Shown piece by piece: positions 13,950-27,770 of a stretch of 64,000 nt of DNA. The first letter of the stretch is position 1. Each line of letters starts with the position of its first letter. The notes below the pieces were generated by a model. That model made no database searches. It saw only the letters and a list, made by a program, of their open reading frames with translations, and was not told where the DNA came from. Position numbers and translations under genes: made by a program. The DNA lies in the NCBI RefSeq assembly GCF_009914755.1, contig NC_060928.1; one strand, 5' to 3'. The DNA comes from the human T2T-CHM13v2.0 reference genome, Homo sapiens.

Positions 13950-15557
13950 AAAGGGCATGCAAAATGATAAAGAGGAAGTCAAACTGTCGCTGTTTGCTGA
14001 TAATATGACTGTATACCTACAAAACTCTTAACGACTCATCCAAAAAGCTCCTAGAACTGATAAATGAATTCAGCAGTTTCAGGATACAAAATTAATGTAC
14101 ACAAATCAGTAGCTCTGCTATACACCACCAGCAACCAAGCTGAGAATCAAATCAAGAACTCAATGCCTTTTACAATAGCTGCAAAAAATAAAATACTTAG
14201 GAATATACCTAACCAAGGAGGTGAAAGACCTCTACAAGGAAAACTACAAATCACTACTGAAAAACATCATAGAAGACAAAAGCAAATGGAAACACATCTC
14301 ATGCTCATGGATAGGTAAAATCAATTTTGTGAAAATGACCATACTTCCAAAAGCAATCTATAAATCCAATGCAATTCCCACTAAAATACCTCCATCATTC
14401 TTCACAGAACTGGAAAAAACAATCCAAAAATTCATATGGAACCAAAAAAGAGCCTGCATAGCCAATGCAAGGCTAAGCAAAAAGAACAAATCTGGAGGAA
14501 TCACACTACCTGATTTCATACTATACTATAAGGCCATAGTCACCAAAACAGCATGGTACTGGTATAAAAATAGGCACAAAGACCAATGAAACAGAATAGA
14601 GAGCTCAGAAATAAAGCCAAATACTTACAGCCAGTGATCTTTGACAAAGCAAACAAAAACATAAAGTGAGGGAAGGACACTCTATTCAACAGATGGTGCT
14701 GGGATAATTGGCAAACCACATGGAGAAGAATGAAACTGGATCCTCATCTCGCACCTATACAGAAATCAACTCAAGATGGATCAAGGACATAAATCAAAGT
14801 CCTGTAACCATAAAAATTCTAGAAGATAACATCAGAAAAACCTTTCTAGACATTGGCTTAGGCAAAGACTTCATGACCAAGAACCCAAAAGCAAATGCAA
14901 CAAAAACAAAGATAAATAGATGAGACTTAATTAAACTAAAAAGCCTCTGTACAGCAAAAGAAACAATCAACAGAGTAAACAGACAACCCACAGAGTGGGA
15001 GAAAATCTTTGCAATCTATATATCTGACAAATGACTAATATACAGAATCTGCAAGGAACTCAAACAAATCAGCAAGAAAAAAACAAAAAATTTTATCAAA
15101 AAGTGGGCTAAGGACATTAATAGACAATTCTCAAAAGAAGATATACAAATGGCCAACAAACATGAAAAAATGCTCAACATCACTAATGGTCAGGGAAATG
15201 CAAATCAAAATCACCATGTGATACCACCTTACTCCTGCAAAAATGGCCATAATCTAAACTTTTAAAAAAAATGTTGATGTGGATGTGGTCAAAGGGAATA
15301 CTTGTACACCGCTGGTGGGAAACGTAAACTAGTACAACCACTATGGAAAACAGTGTGGAGAGTCCTTAAAGAACTAAAAATAGAACTACCATTTGATCTA
15401 GCAATCCCACTACTGGGTATCTACCAAGAAGAAAACAAGTCATTATATGAAAAATATACTTGCACTCTTATGTTTATAGTAGCACAATTGTCAATTGCAA
15501 AACTATGGAATCAGCCCACATCCATCATTCAATGAGTGGATAAAGAAATTGTGATAT
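13950..15557 (+). mobile_element. L1PB-like ORF2 3' fragment lacking its 3'UTR
   Basis: ORF2 remnants ([13 protein letters not shown]..., [35 protein letters not shown]) with stops and frameshifts. Confidence 0.92.
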
Positions 15558-15739
15558 GGCCGGGCGTGGTGGCTCACGCATGTAATCCCAGCACTTTGGG
15601 AGGACGAGACTGGTGGATCACGAGGTCAGGAGATTGAGACCATCCTGGGTAACATGGTGAAACCCCGTCTCTACTAAAAATACAAAAAAATTAGCCAGGC
15701 ATGGTGGCGGGTGCCTGTAGTCCCAGCTACTTGGGAGGC
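15558..15739 (+). mobile_element. AluY, 3'-truncated
   Basis: AluY diagnostics (gatcacgaggtcaggagattgagaccatcctgg; gcgggtgcctgtagtccc); stops at gggaggc with no tail. Confidence 0.9.
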
Positions 15740-16030
15740 AAGACTAGGTAAAGATAAACACACAGGGAGGACAACATGTGACTATAGAAGCAGATTGGTG
15801 TGATTTCCCTACAACATCACAAATGCAAGGGAAGGCTTAGGGCCACCTGAAGCTGAAAGAAGCAAGAAAGGACCCTTCTCTCACCCCCACTTCCAAGTTC
15901 AGAGGAAGCATGGCCCTGTCAACACCACAATTCTGAACTTCCAACTTCCAGGATTGAGAGGATAAATTTCTGCTGTTTTAGCCACACAGTTTGTGGTATT
16001 TTCTTATGCGAGCCCTAGGAAACTAATACA
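15733..16030 (+). mobile_element. MLT1 (MaLR) LTR, 3' part (MLT1B/C-like)
   Basis: gaggaagcatggccctg...ataaatttctgctgtttta...gccctaggaaactaataca terminus. Confidence 0.85.
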
Positions 16031-17452
16031 AACTTGAACATGGCAGAAGCTTGAAACATGTATGAGTAAAGTGCTGTCCAGTGACTAGCCATCTTTCCTT
16101 TGGATTTAGATGTCCAAATCCAGACCAGATCGACTTGATCTGATGTCTTTTTTAAAATCCAGTCCGTGGCTATGGTGGTGCAGATATGTTAATAAAAACT
16201 AAAATAACAACAAAAACAACAAAACAATTGATAAAAATTAAAAGCATAAAAAGTGAAAAAAAAACTCTCAAAATAACAATATATATGTTAGGCACACATA
16301 GATAAAAGTGCTTAAATTAGAAATTTATTTTAATTTAATTAACTAGTTATTTATTCTTATTACTATAAAGTATAAATTTTATTCTTAAGAAATAAATCAT
16401 GAGGTGTATGACAGCATAGATATCCTAATTAAAATATCTTCCAATTTTACTCTGAATTCCTTAAATTCCAATGCCTAGGATTTGGTAACTACAAAATAAA
16501 TGTGAGGCTGCATTAGAAAAGACAATAAAAATGATGTGAATTTTAATTAGTTTGAATGATGATAACTATAATCAATTTGCTCACAATGTTACTTTGAGAT
16601 AAAGTTTTTAAATTAAGTTACACTATTGCAAAGCTTCGAAATACTTGTTTAATAAGACCAATACTCCACAATGCCAGATTTTTTAAATAAGCCATAAAAT
16701 TAACCAGAAAAAAATGAATAGCATATTATAAAAATGGTCTACTTCCCTCACCCCAAACCTATATTCACTGTTAAGGGTAGGAGCAAAATCCACCTCAAGA
16801 TATGTTATAGGGATCATCAAGAAGTCAGCAAAATCATCAGTGCTGTCATCATTTTTCTGCTGCCTAATTGGGCTTCTTCTCTTCATTATTCTCTAAAATC
16901 AGTGTATAGTTTTGAAGAAATCCCACGTCTCTTATTTTATATTTCTACTACTAAAACAAACTGAATATGCAGTAATTGGTCCTTAATTATTGAAGAAATA
17001 TTGGAATACATCAGTGATTCAACACTATCTTAAATCATTTATATACACTTTGTTATAAATGTGCTCAGTTGTTCGGTAGTGCCCTTGAATATTGGATAAA
17101 TCAGCTTTTATTGACTTATAGAAAGTTAAACATTGCATGATCTCCAGAATACATTAGGAAAGATATTATAAATTCTACAAGATAAAGAACTTGTAATTCC
17201 TTTAGGTATTTAAGATATAGATATCTATCAGAAGTAGATATCTCTTTTTAAACTGTCAAACACCATATAAATGTTACTTGAAATTAATATTGCTGATGAT
17301 GTAGTCAAGTTTGCTACAAAAATGTTGTTATTCATATACTTTTCAATAATATGGATCAAATATACATTTTTTCATTATAGAGTAAATTTAGAAAAAGTAA
17401 ATATATTGTGCATGCTATATTTCAGTAAGTTTGTTAATATAGTCACTAATCA

Positions 17453-17686
<234 letters not shown>

Positions 17687-18264
17687 TTATTGAAAAGAAA
17701 TAGTTTATTTAATTAAGGTTTAGAAGTTATTTTATGAATAACATACTATGTACATAATTTTTACTTTTCTGGTGTTTTACGATTTACAACTTGTACAAGA
17801 AAAAAATGGGCTAGTTCCATGGTAGGATAGAAAACTTTTATCTCTATCAAATCTGATAACAACATATTTCTTTGTAGTTTGTTTATGAGGAAGGCATAGA
17901 TGCTGTAACGGACATAGAAAAACATGATAGCTCCAGCTGGAAATTTATTTCAACGTTCAAATTTATTGTCTTAGTTTTTATCCTTACTCTATATTTCTGT
18001 ATTGATAGTTTTATAGGTGCAGAAAATGAAGTACAAGAAGGTGAAATCAATTGCTGAAGGCAAAGGATTAGATTGTGCTGGATTTTGTATTGAAATATAT
18101 ATATGTACGTATATGCATACATATACGTATGTATATATGTATATATACATATGAGATTCCAAAAGATGATACCACATTTTAAATCTGAAATGTGTTTTAG
18201 ACATTTGGATTTGCATTGATGACATTCACACATATATATTTACATTTATATTATTATTTAAAAA

Positions 18265-18821
18265 AATTTTTAGTTGTTACAAATAAATAATGTTACAAAT
18301 ACATTATGTACATAAATATGTACATAATGTCTGTACATATTTATGGGTTACATGTGGTATTTTGAGACAGGCATACAATGTGCAATGATTAAAATCAGGG
18401 TAATTGGGATATGGATCACCTCAAACATTTATGGTTTCTTTAGGTTAGGGTCTTTCCAAACCCAGTTTTTAATTATTTTGAAATATACAATAAATTATCG
18501 TTAACTACAGTTCCCCTGTTTTCTTACCAAACATTAGATCTTATTCCTTCTAACTGTATTTTGTACCCAACCAACTAACCCATCTTTATTCTCCCGCCAT
18601 CACCCCCGCCACTATCTTTCCCAACCTCTGGTAACCATCACTTTACTCTACAGCCATGACTTCAATTATTTTTTTCAGCTTCCACCTTTGAGTGAGAACA
18701 TGTGATATTTGTCTTTCTATGCCTGGTTTATTTCACTTAACATAATATCCACCAGTTCCAGCATGTTGTTGAAAATACCAGTATTTCATTCATTTTTATG
18801 ACTGAATAATATTTCATTGTG

Positions 18822-18852
<31 letters not shown>

Positions 18853-19088
18853 CATATTTTCCTTATCCATTTATTGGCTGATGAACACTTAGGTTGATTC
18901 CATATCTTGACTATTTTGACTAGTGCTCTGATAAACATAAGAGTGCAGATATCTCTTTGATATTCTAATTTCCTGTCTTTTGAGTATATATCCAGCAGTG
19001 GGATTGCCTGTAAACTGCTGGTGGGAATGTAAATTAGTACAAACACTATGAAGAACAGTATGAAGCATCTCAAAAAACTAAAAATAAA
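18265..19088 (-). mobile_element. L1MA-type 3' end with 5' inversion (19008-19088 inverted)
   Basis: Reverse 3'UTR and ORF2 end (AIPLLDIY..., WNQPKCSSANKWI), followed by a plus-oriented ggtgggaatgtaaattagtac... piece. Confidence 0.88.
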
Positions 19089-19373
19089 TGTATTTTCTTA
19101 ATTCTGACTTCTTAATAGCACTAAGATCATATTAGTATTCTTCTAACAGTGTTTTCTTAATGTTCTGATATTCATTCATCTCTTTTTTAGGGCCCCTGGT
19201 ATATAATGTGATATATATTTGCACTTTTTATTTTTAAGCATTAAGTTTGCCTCTCCACAGCTAAATCATAAGCTTACTGAAGCAAGACTGTGTTATAGAT
19301 ATTTAGTACCTGCCATGTAATAACAGCACAATACTGGGAACATCATAGTTAGTGAAAATAATTTCTTGGATTA

Positions 19374-19742
<369 letters not shown>

Positions 19743-20989
19743 TTATGTGAAGGAAAATAATTTTACTTACAATGGCCTCATGATGAGGTCTTTATAAATG
19801 GCATATTGAAATGGCATGTATACTGCTTACAGCAAATGCGATATGAAATATATTACAAAAAATGCAGTGCATAAATAATTTGAAAATTACATAATAGGTT
19901 TTATATTAGTTGAGATTTTTTATAACATATTTTTAGGAAAAAATCCTAACTTTATTATTATGATCAATTTTGACAATTAGGCTTAAGAGCATGTACAATT
20001 TTAAAAGAAAATGTCTAAAGATATTTAAATATGTGTCTGAGAAGCATGGGGCTGCAAAACAATATTTGAATCTCATTCTCTTTCGAGACAAAATGGAAAA
20101 CAATCTCTTCCAAAGAGATGATAGACTGTCTTTATTTTTCAAAGACAGTGAAATTACTATTGTTGTTCAGCACTTTGGTTTTTAGCAATCCTGTCAACAA
20201 GTTCTTTTTCACAACAAAATGTAAACTTTGTGCTGCAGATTAAGTCAATTTTGTATCATTCTGTTCTCACTAAAGAATAATAATAAGAATATGTTTTCAT
20301 AACAGCAAGAAACTCATTGACAAACGAGAGAAGTAATCAAATCCGTAGCCATTGCTAGCAATTTTGGTATCGGGGAAAGCAGCACAAAGGGAACCTTCAA
20401 ATAGCAAACATGTATTTATCTGTGTGCACAGGTGTGCATCAGGAAGGAGAGAAATGTGTGATGAAAAAAATTCTGAAAAGGATTATACACCATTCCAATA
20501 GCCTTTCCTTGGATTTCTGTACATGACCCTGGGTCTGTATTGCCTTCATTTCTATCAACTGCCAGTGGAAGCCATGTGGAACTGGAGGCTGAACTTAGAC
20601 CAATGGCATTGGGGAGATCTGAATGTTGGCGAGAGATGGATGGGAAATAGGAGTTAAACACTGAAAACCTTTAACCAATATTTAAAACTGGGGAGAGGGA
20701 TAGAGTTTGGGTTGCCCCACTCAAATTTTGATCTAATCTAGTCAGTGTGATCATCATAACACTCTCATTAATGCTTTCCTTCCCCAAATTGTTGTAAATT
20801 TCTTCTCCAGTCCAGAAATTGGGGTAGTTGCTGGAAATCCAAATAAAATAACCAAAAAAAATTGCAGTTAAGGCATTCATATTCTATAAATATGTACAAT
20901 ATGTATGCAATTATATAAATTTTTGTGAATTTATTAGTTTAGAAAATTTCTGTCATAGACTTTTTAGGTATAAATATGTGTATGTTATT

Positions 20990-21185
20990 AATAATAGATA
21001 ACAGGTAAAGAAGGCTTCCCATGTGTCAGAAACTTTACACATATTAAGCCATTTTATACATATTGAATCTTCCCAACAACCCAAAAAGAAAATCAATATG
21101 ATTACTACCATTTTGCAGATGAGGAACTAAGGCACAGAGATGTGAAACAACTTGTTCAAGGTTATAGAACTAGGAAGGGCAGAAT
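20990..21185 (-). mobile_element. MIR
   Basis: ccattttgcagatgaggaactaaggcacagaga core. Confidence 0.8.
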
Positions 21186-21344
21186 TATTTTTACATATGT
21201 GCCATATCTCCCTTTTATCCACTAACTTTATTTCTCTCATTTTCAGAACTGAGTTTTTCTTTTTAACTATTTTATTTAATAGCTAAAATTAAATATTTCA
21301 TGAATTCTGTAATTTGTCCAAGGATTATTTGATTATTTGTAAAG

Positions 21345-21390
<46 letters not shown>

Positions 21391-21391
21391 G

Positions 21392-21460
<69 letters not shown>

Positions 21461-21466
21461 GTATAT
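21345..21466. repeat. Long interrupted (TA)n microsatellite
   Basis: About 120 bp of TA with periodic TG interruptions. Confidence 0.97.
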
Positions 21467-21762
21467 AAAATAAACCCTAGGCAATATCACTGTTTATATT
21501 ACAGAAGGAGAAAGAACACACACACACATGCACACACAAATGTAGTATCTAAGAGGTAACAGGTAAACTATTAGAATGTATTGAATAGAAAGCCAAAGGG
21601 AGAGAACTTTTCAAGAAACAGAGTGTGATGAAATGTAAAACATTTGAGAGTAAAATTAAGGTAAACAAAATATGTCCCTCGGAGTCCTTCAATTGGAGGT
21701 AATTAGTAACTTTAAAGAAAAATGCTAGTGACTAAATGGTGCAAATTTTACATTGCAATTGG

Positions 21763-21838
21763 TTGTATAATTATTTAATAATTATTGTATAAATAAATAA
21801 TTGTATAAATAAATAATTGTATAATTATTTAATAATTA
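21763..21838 (+). repeat. AT-rich A-B-B-A tandem array
   Basis: A=TTGTATAATTATTTAATAATTA (21763, 21817); B=TTGTATAAATAAATAA (21785, 21801). Confidence 0.85.
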
Positions 21839-23194
21839 TTTAATAATGATTGATAGGAAAGAAAAACAAGTAGCACGGTTAATACAGAAGAAGAGACATT
21901 TAGAAATTGTGCCCCCTCCCCAAGTCCAAAAATAGCACCAAGCAGGAAGGAAATAAGTTTTTGTTTGCTTATATGGTTACTTTGATAGAATCATTTTCTC
22001 AAGTTAATTGACAGGCAGAGTGAGATTGGCATAGCTAAAGAAAAGAAACAATTTTCTGGATTCACTTCATGCTCTGGGAGACCAGTGCGAAATCTCCTCT
22101 GCTGTTCCTGTTCTAGACACAAAGAATATACTAGTGAAAATGAAAAAATCCTTATTTATTGGTAACTGTAGATTATCTTCCTTCCCATGGATACAGTGTC
22201 ACTAGGGCTGTGCTGACCTTTGACTCAAGAGTCATTCTAAGGGCAGGGAAAATCCATCTGGCCTTGTGGGTCCTGCAAGGATGCAGAATCACTGACATCC
22301 AAATGCCTGCACCTGTATAGCTGGCAGTGCCTCTCCAAGTCACACAGAACTGAGGACAATGACACCTTACACATCTGAGAGTACAACCATCAGTTTTGAG
22401 TACATGATAAGTGCTAAAACTTATAGATTATACCAATTATGCTTAGTAAAATATGTTTTTGTAAAGGCTGCAATTTGTTCTTATCTCTTTGAAATGACAC
22501 TTTTATCCTTTCCTCGTATCCTCCAGTAAAAAGTACCAATTCCCTTCAACACAAAAGATTCAATCAAAAGCATAAAAGGAAACCATGTTTTATCTTTTTG
22601 ACATTTATTGATAGAATTTGATTAGTTTGATTCCAATATAAGCTGAAATCTTAGAAACTCAAAGAATAAAAATGTTTTTATTTAGAATAAATTCTATCTG
22701 TATATTATAATGTATGTAGAAACTGTTTTTCCTCAAATTACTCAATAATTGCTAATAAAACACAAATATTTTAGATAAATATTTTGTATTTAAAGCATAA
22801 AAAAGATGTCAAAACTTCAGTTGATGTATTTAATATGCATATATGAATCAAATTCAATGTGGAAAGCTATCATATTTATATTAATTATAAGTAGAGAAAC
22901 TATGTATATGAAGGAACCAAAATTATCTTGGTTAAAGGTAGCCTGAACATAATTAAAAAAAAAAATTTAAATCTAAACTGTAATGTCTACCTAAATTTCA
23001 AAAAGATTGAAAGTGTCAATTGTATTGTGTTTTTTGAACTTTACTTAAGTGTACTACAGGTATATATAATAAAGTAAGCTTACTATGTTTCAGGTACTAG
23101 TCTAGTTCTAGAGATTCACTAGTACAAATACACTTACACACACCACATTAGAACATAGTACATTTAAAGAGCCATGATTATTGTAAATACAGGG

Positions 23195-24080
23195 GCATTT
23201 TTTAAGACTTTGGTTTTTAGTGTTTTAGGCTTACAAAATTGACCAGAACTTATAGAGTTCCAATATACCCTTTTTCCCCAACACATGCAGCTCTTCCCCA
23301 GCTATCGACATCCCACATCATAGTTACAATCGATGAACAAATATTGAATACCATTATCACTCCAGATCCATAGTTTAACTTATGCTACTTTAGATACATT
23401 AAAGTTCTTGATGTTGTACATTCTATGGGTTCTGACAATTGTATAATGACATTTATCTACCATTATACTATAATTTACAGAATAGTTTTACTGCCCTAAA
23501 AATCCTCTGTACTCCATCTATTCATCACTTTCTCCTGTAACCCTTGGCAACCACTGATTTTTTTTATGCTTTCCACAGTTTTATCTTTTCTAGAATGATA
23601 GTTGGAATCATACAGCATGTAGATTTTTTTCAAATTGGCTTCTTTCACTTAGTAATATGAATGTATGTTTCCAGCATGTCTTTTCATGACTTGATAGCTC
23701 ACTTCTTTTTAGAACCGAATAATATTCCATTGTATGGATGTACCACAGTTTATCCATTCACCTGTTGAAGGGCAACTTGGCTGCTTCTGAGTTTTGGCAA
23801 TTGTGGATAAAGCTGCTATAAACATCTGTGTGAAGGTTTCTGTGTATGGATTTAAGTTTTCAACTCATTTGAATAAACATCAAAAAGCATGATTGCTGCA
23901 TGATATGGTAAGAATATATTTAGTTTTGTAAGAAGCTGTCAAAGTCTCTTCCAAAGTGGCCGTACCATTTTGTATTCCAGCAAGCAATGGGTGAAACTTG
24001 TATTGCTCCATATCCTTGCCAGGATTTGGTGTTGTCAGTGTTTTGAGTTTTCATCAGTCTAATAATTGTGTAGTGGTAGT
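23195..24080 (-). mobile_element. L1MC-like 3' end
   Basis: Reverse L1MC-type 3'UTR (agagttccaatataccc..., tccatagttt...) running into the ORF2 end (atccttgccaggatttggtgttgtcag). Confidence 0.8.
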
Positions 24081-25093
24081 TCCTTCTGTTTTAGAGCGGA
24101 TTATTTTAGTTCATAAGTGATTATATTTTATAAGACCTTAGTTCCTTTATCCTACCCTCGCTTTCTACACACAGAAAATTTGAATTGGTTTAATTTATAA
24201 TTGCCCTAAGCATTGTTGAATAGTTAAATAAAAAGTGAGTGAAAACATGATTAAGTTGATTGACATGCTTACTGATTAATTTTGGGAATTAATCTTACTG
24301 GAAATAAAAGGGAAGTATCGTGAGTTAAAAATTCATTCCCCAAACACTTTGCTACTTAAGATATAACTTGTCAATTATATGCCACATTGTAATTGGCAAC
24401 TGTCTCCAAATCTATCTAAGCAGTAGTAAAAACATAGTTTGATATTCTAGTTCAGCAAATGTGATTATGTATTAGAATTTCAATAAAGATGTTCTAGTAT
24501 CCAGGTAACTTTGCTCTTTTAACCCTGAGAGAATGTTAATTAAAATATTTCTGAGGGTTGCAATTATATTCATCAAATACAACACACTTGGATCATATGT
24601 GCAACTTAGCTATTACTTCCTTTCTTCATCTCCTCCCACCACTGTCACAAACACAAAAGCAAATCATAAAGATGCAGAGAACATTAGCAGAAAACACAAC
24701 AAAATAAAACAAAGCACGATACAATGGTGAAATTGATGATATGGAATGTGTAGCAACCTAAATAAAAAACGCAAATTTATTTTACCCCCCAAAAATACAA
24801 TTTAACATATTAGCTATTATAACTCGTCAAATGCATTATTTTAATGTTTAGTGAATTTAATAGTCTTTTAAATCATTATCCTTAGAGTAAAACTCAGGAA
24901 AATATAATACACTTCATATGAAAAGACGTGCCTTTTACAGAATATATGAGAGCTAATGCTCTTAAGCAGTTTGTAAATTAAGTGATTTCCCTAATTAATT
25001 ATTTTTTTCCGGGTAACCTATCTATAAATGATTTGCACATGACATGCAAGGCCTTCCGTCTTCTCACAATACTACAATTGCTGGTAAAATTTA

Positions 25094-25325
25094 AGTGCAT
25101 TATGTCTTCTTTCTTTCTTTCTTTTTTCTTTCAGTGCATTATGTCTTCTTTCTTTCTTTCAGTGCATTATGTCTGCTTTCTTTCTTTTCTTTTCTTTCTT
25201 TGCTTTCCTTGCTTTCCTTGCCTTTCTTTCTTTCTCTTTTTCTTTCTCTTTCTTTTCTTTCTTTCTCTCTTTCTTTCTTTCTCTTTCTTTCTTTCCCTTC
25301 CTTCCTTCCTTCCTTCCTTCCTTCC

Positions 25326-25378
<53 letters not shown>

Positions 25379-25379
25379 T

Positions 25380-25459
<80 letters not shown>

Positions 25460-25477
25460 TCCTTCTTTCTCTTTCTT
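25094..25477 (+). repeat. ~380-bp polypyrimidine compound microsatellite (TTTC/CCTT/CT), expanded Alu tail
   Basis: Directly visible; includes three copies of AGTGCATTATGTCT at 25094, 25133 and 25161. Confidence 0.97.
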
Positions 25478-25936
<459 letters not shown>

Positions 25937-26312
25937 AATTATGTCTTATATATTATGCTACATAGGCCTTAACAGTTTTGATTGTAGCAGCCTGTGCTTT
26001 ACAGACATTGTTAATTTTGATTTGTAATTCTGTGAATTTATATGACTTTTGGTAGTAAAAATATATGAAATATATATTTTTATTTTTTATAAATTTGACC
26101 TTTTTTTAAAAAAATAACCAGATTACAAAAAAGTAAATCTATGACTGCATCAAATATAGTCAAAAGATGCATGTGATTCTATTAAGAACAAGTCTCTTAG
26201 TGCTCTTTAACACTAAACATCTTCTCCACTAATTTGTCACATCATTCAAATATGTGACTGCCAATGAGAAAGTTATTATTTCTATTCATGTTATAGAAGA
26301 TATGCTATCCAC

Positions 26313-26650
<338 letters not shown>

Positions 26651-27712
26651 CTATGAAATCATAGGTATCTAACACATTTTTAACCCGATACTTACACAGT
26701 AATCACATTGCTGGCACTGTTGTGTTTTACAGATTTTAACTCATTTAATCTTTATAATGACACTAAGAAGTAAATGTCATTTGCCATAGCATAACTTTGA
26801 AAACACAATAGACCCAATAATAGACTCAACATTCGACTTTACGTGAAGATCTGAGGAACTTTTCACCATAGAATGGTAAGCACATATCTCAAAAATAAAT
26901 TTAAAAGTTTCACATGAGGTACAGAAGCTACAAGGTGCATCCATTTGTCTTGGGTGAAAGTACAGCTTTACTGTTGTTTTTTCTGCAAATTTATGTGAAA
27001 TTCTATCCAGGAGTCAGTCTCAGGAGGACAGCCTGCCTACATGTAATCTGATATGCATATTCAATAATAAATCATATTTCCCCTATCATCTACACTGGAA
27101 CAGAAAGAACCTTTGGTTGATAAGGTTTTTTAATTTCTCCAAAAATTATTAGAGCAACTAAATAATAATGAAAGGGATGACTCCAGACTGTCTAAATCTC
27201 ATGGTTTTGTATTCATCTAACAATATAACTTATAGCTTCAAAAGTTGTAAATCAAATGATGATACAATTACAAGGCAAGTTTGATAAACGACAGTCATAG
27301 AGAAAAACTGCAATGCAGCTATATGAGAAATGTATATCAAGCAGCCATAAGGCATAATACTTTGGTTTGGACTAAACCCAGAAATCTACATTTATAGGAA
27401 TATAGTACTCTTCCTTAAGCATGTTTAATGCTGACCTTACATATAGTTAAAGATTGAGGTTCAGGTTAATTTTTTTCTGAAGTGTATTCCCAAGCTCTGG
27501 GACTTTTGGCCAGTTTGGTGTTAAAAGTCCATGTTTATGAACATAATTATATATTTTTTTCTTGTCAATGAATGTATCTGTCAAGAGTTTACATATGCCT
27601 TGCCTCAATATCTCAGTCATGCTTTGTCTCATTTATCACAAGAAAAATGCAAAAGTGGTAATGAAATACAGGATTTCTTCTACAGTTTATACATCTATAT
27701 TCCTTATACATT

Positions 27713-27770
27713 CATTCTCTTTGACCAAACAAAAGATAATACATTCTCTTTGACCAAACAAGAGATAATA
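27713..27770 (+). repeat. 29-bp tandem duplication
   Basis: CATTCTCTTTGACCAAACAA(A/G)AGATAATA twice, one mismatch. Confidence 0.95.

Noticed and set aside
14064-15535. ORFs resembling reverse-transcriptase protein
   Set aside because: Fragmented L1 ORF2 with stops and frameshifts; not an intact or domesticated gene.
25094-25174. Three direct repeats with spacers, superficially CRISPR-like
   Set aside because: Eukaryotic context; the spacers are TTTC runs and the repeat includes an Alu TSD.
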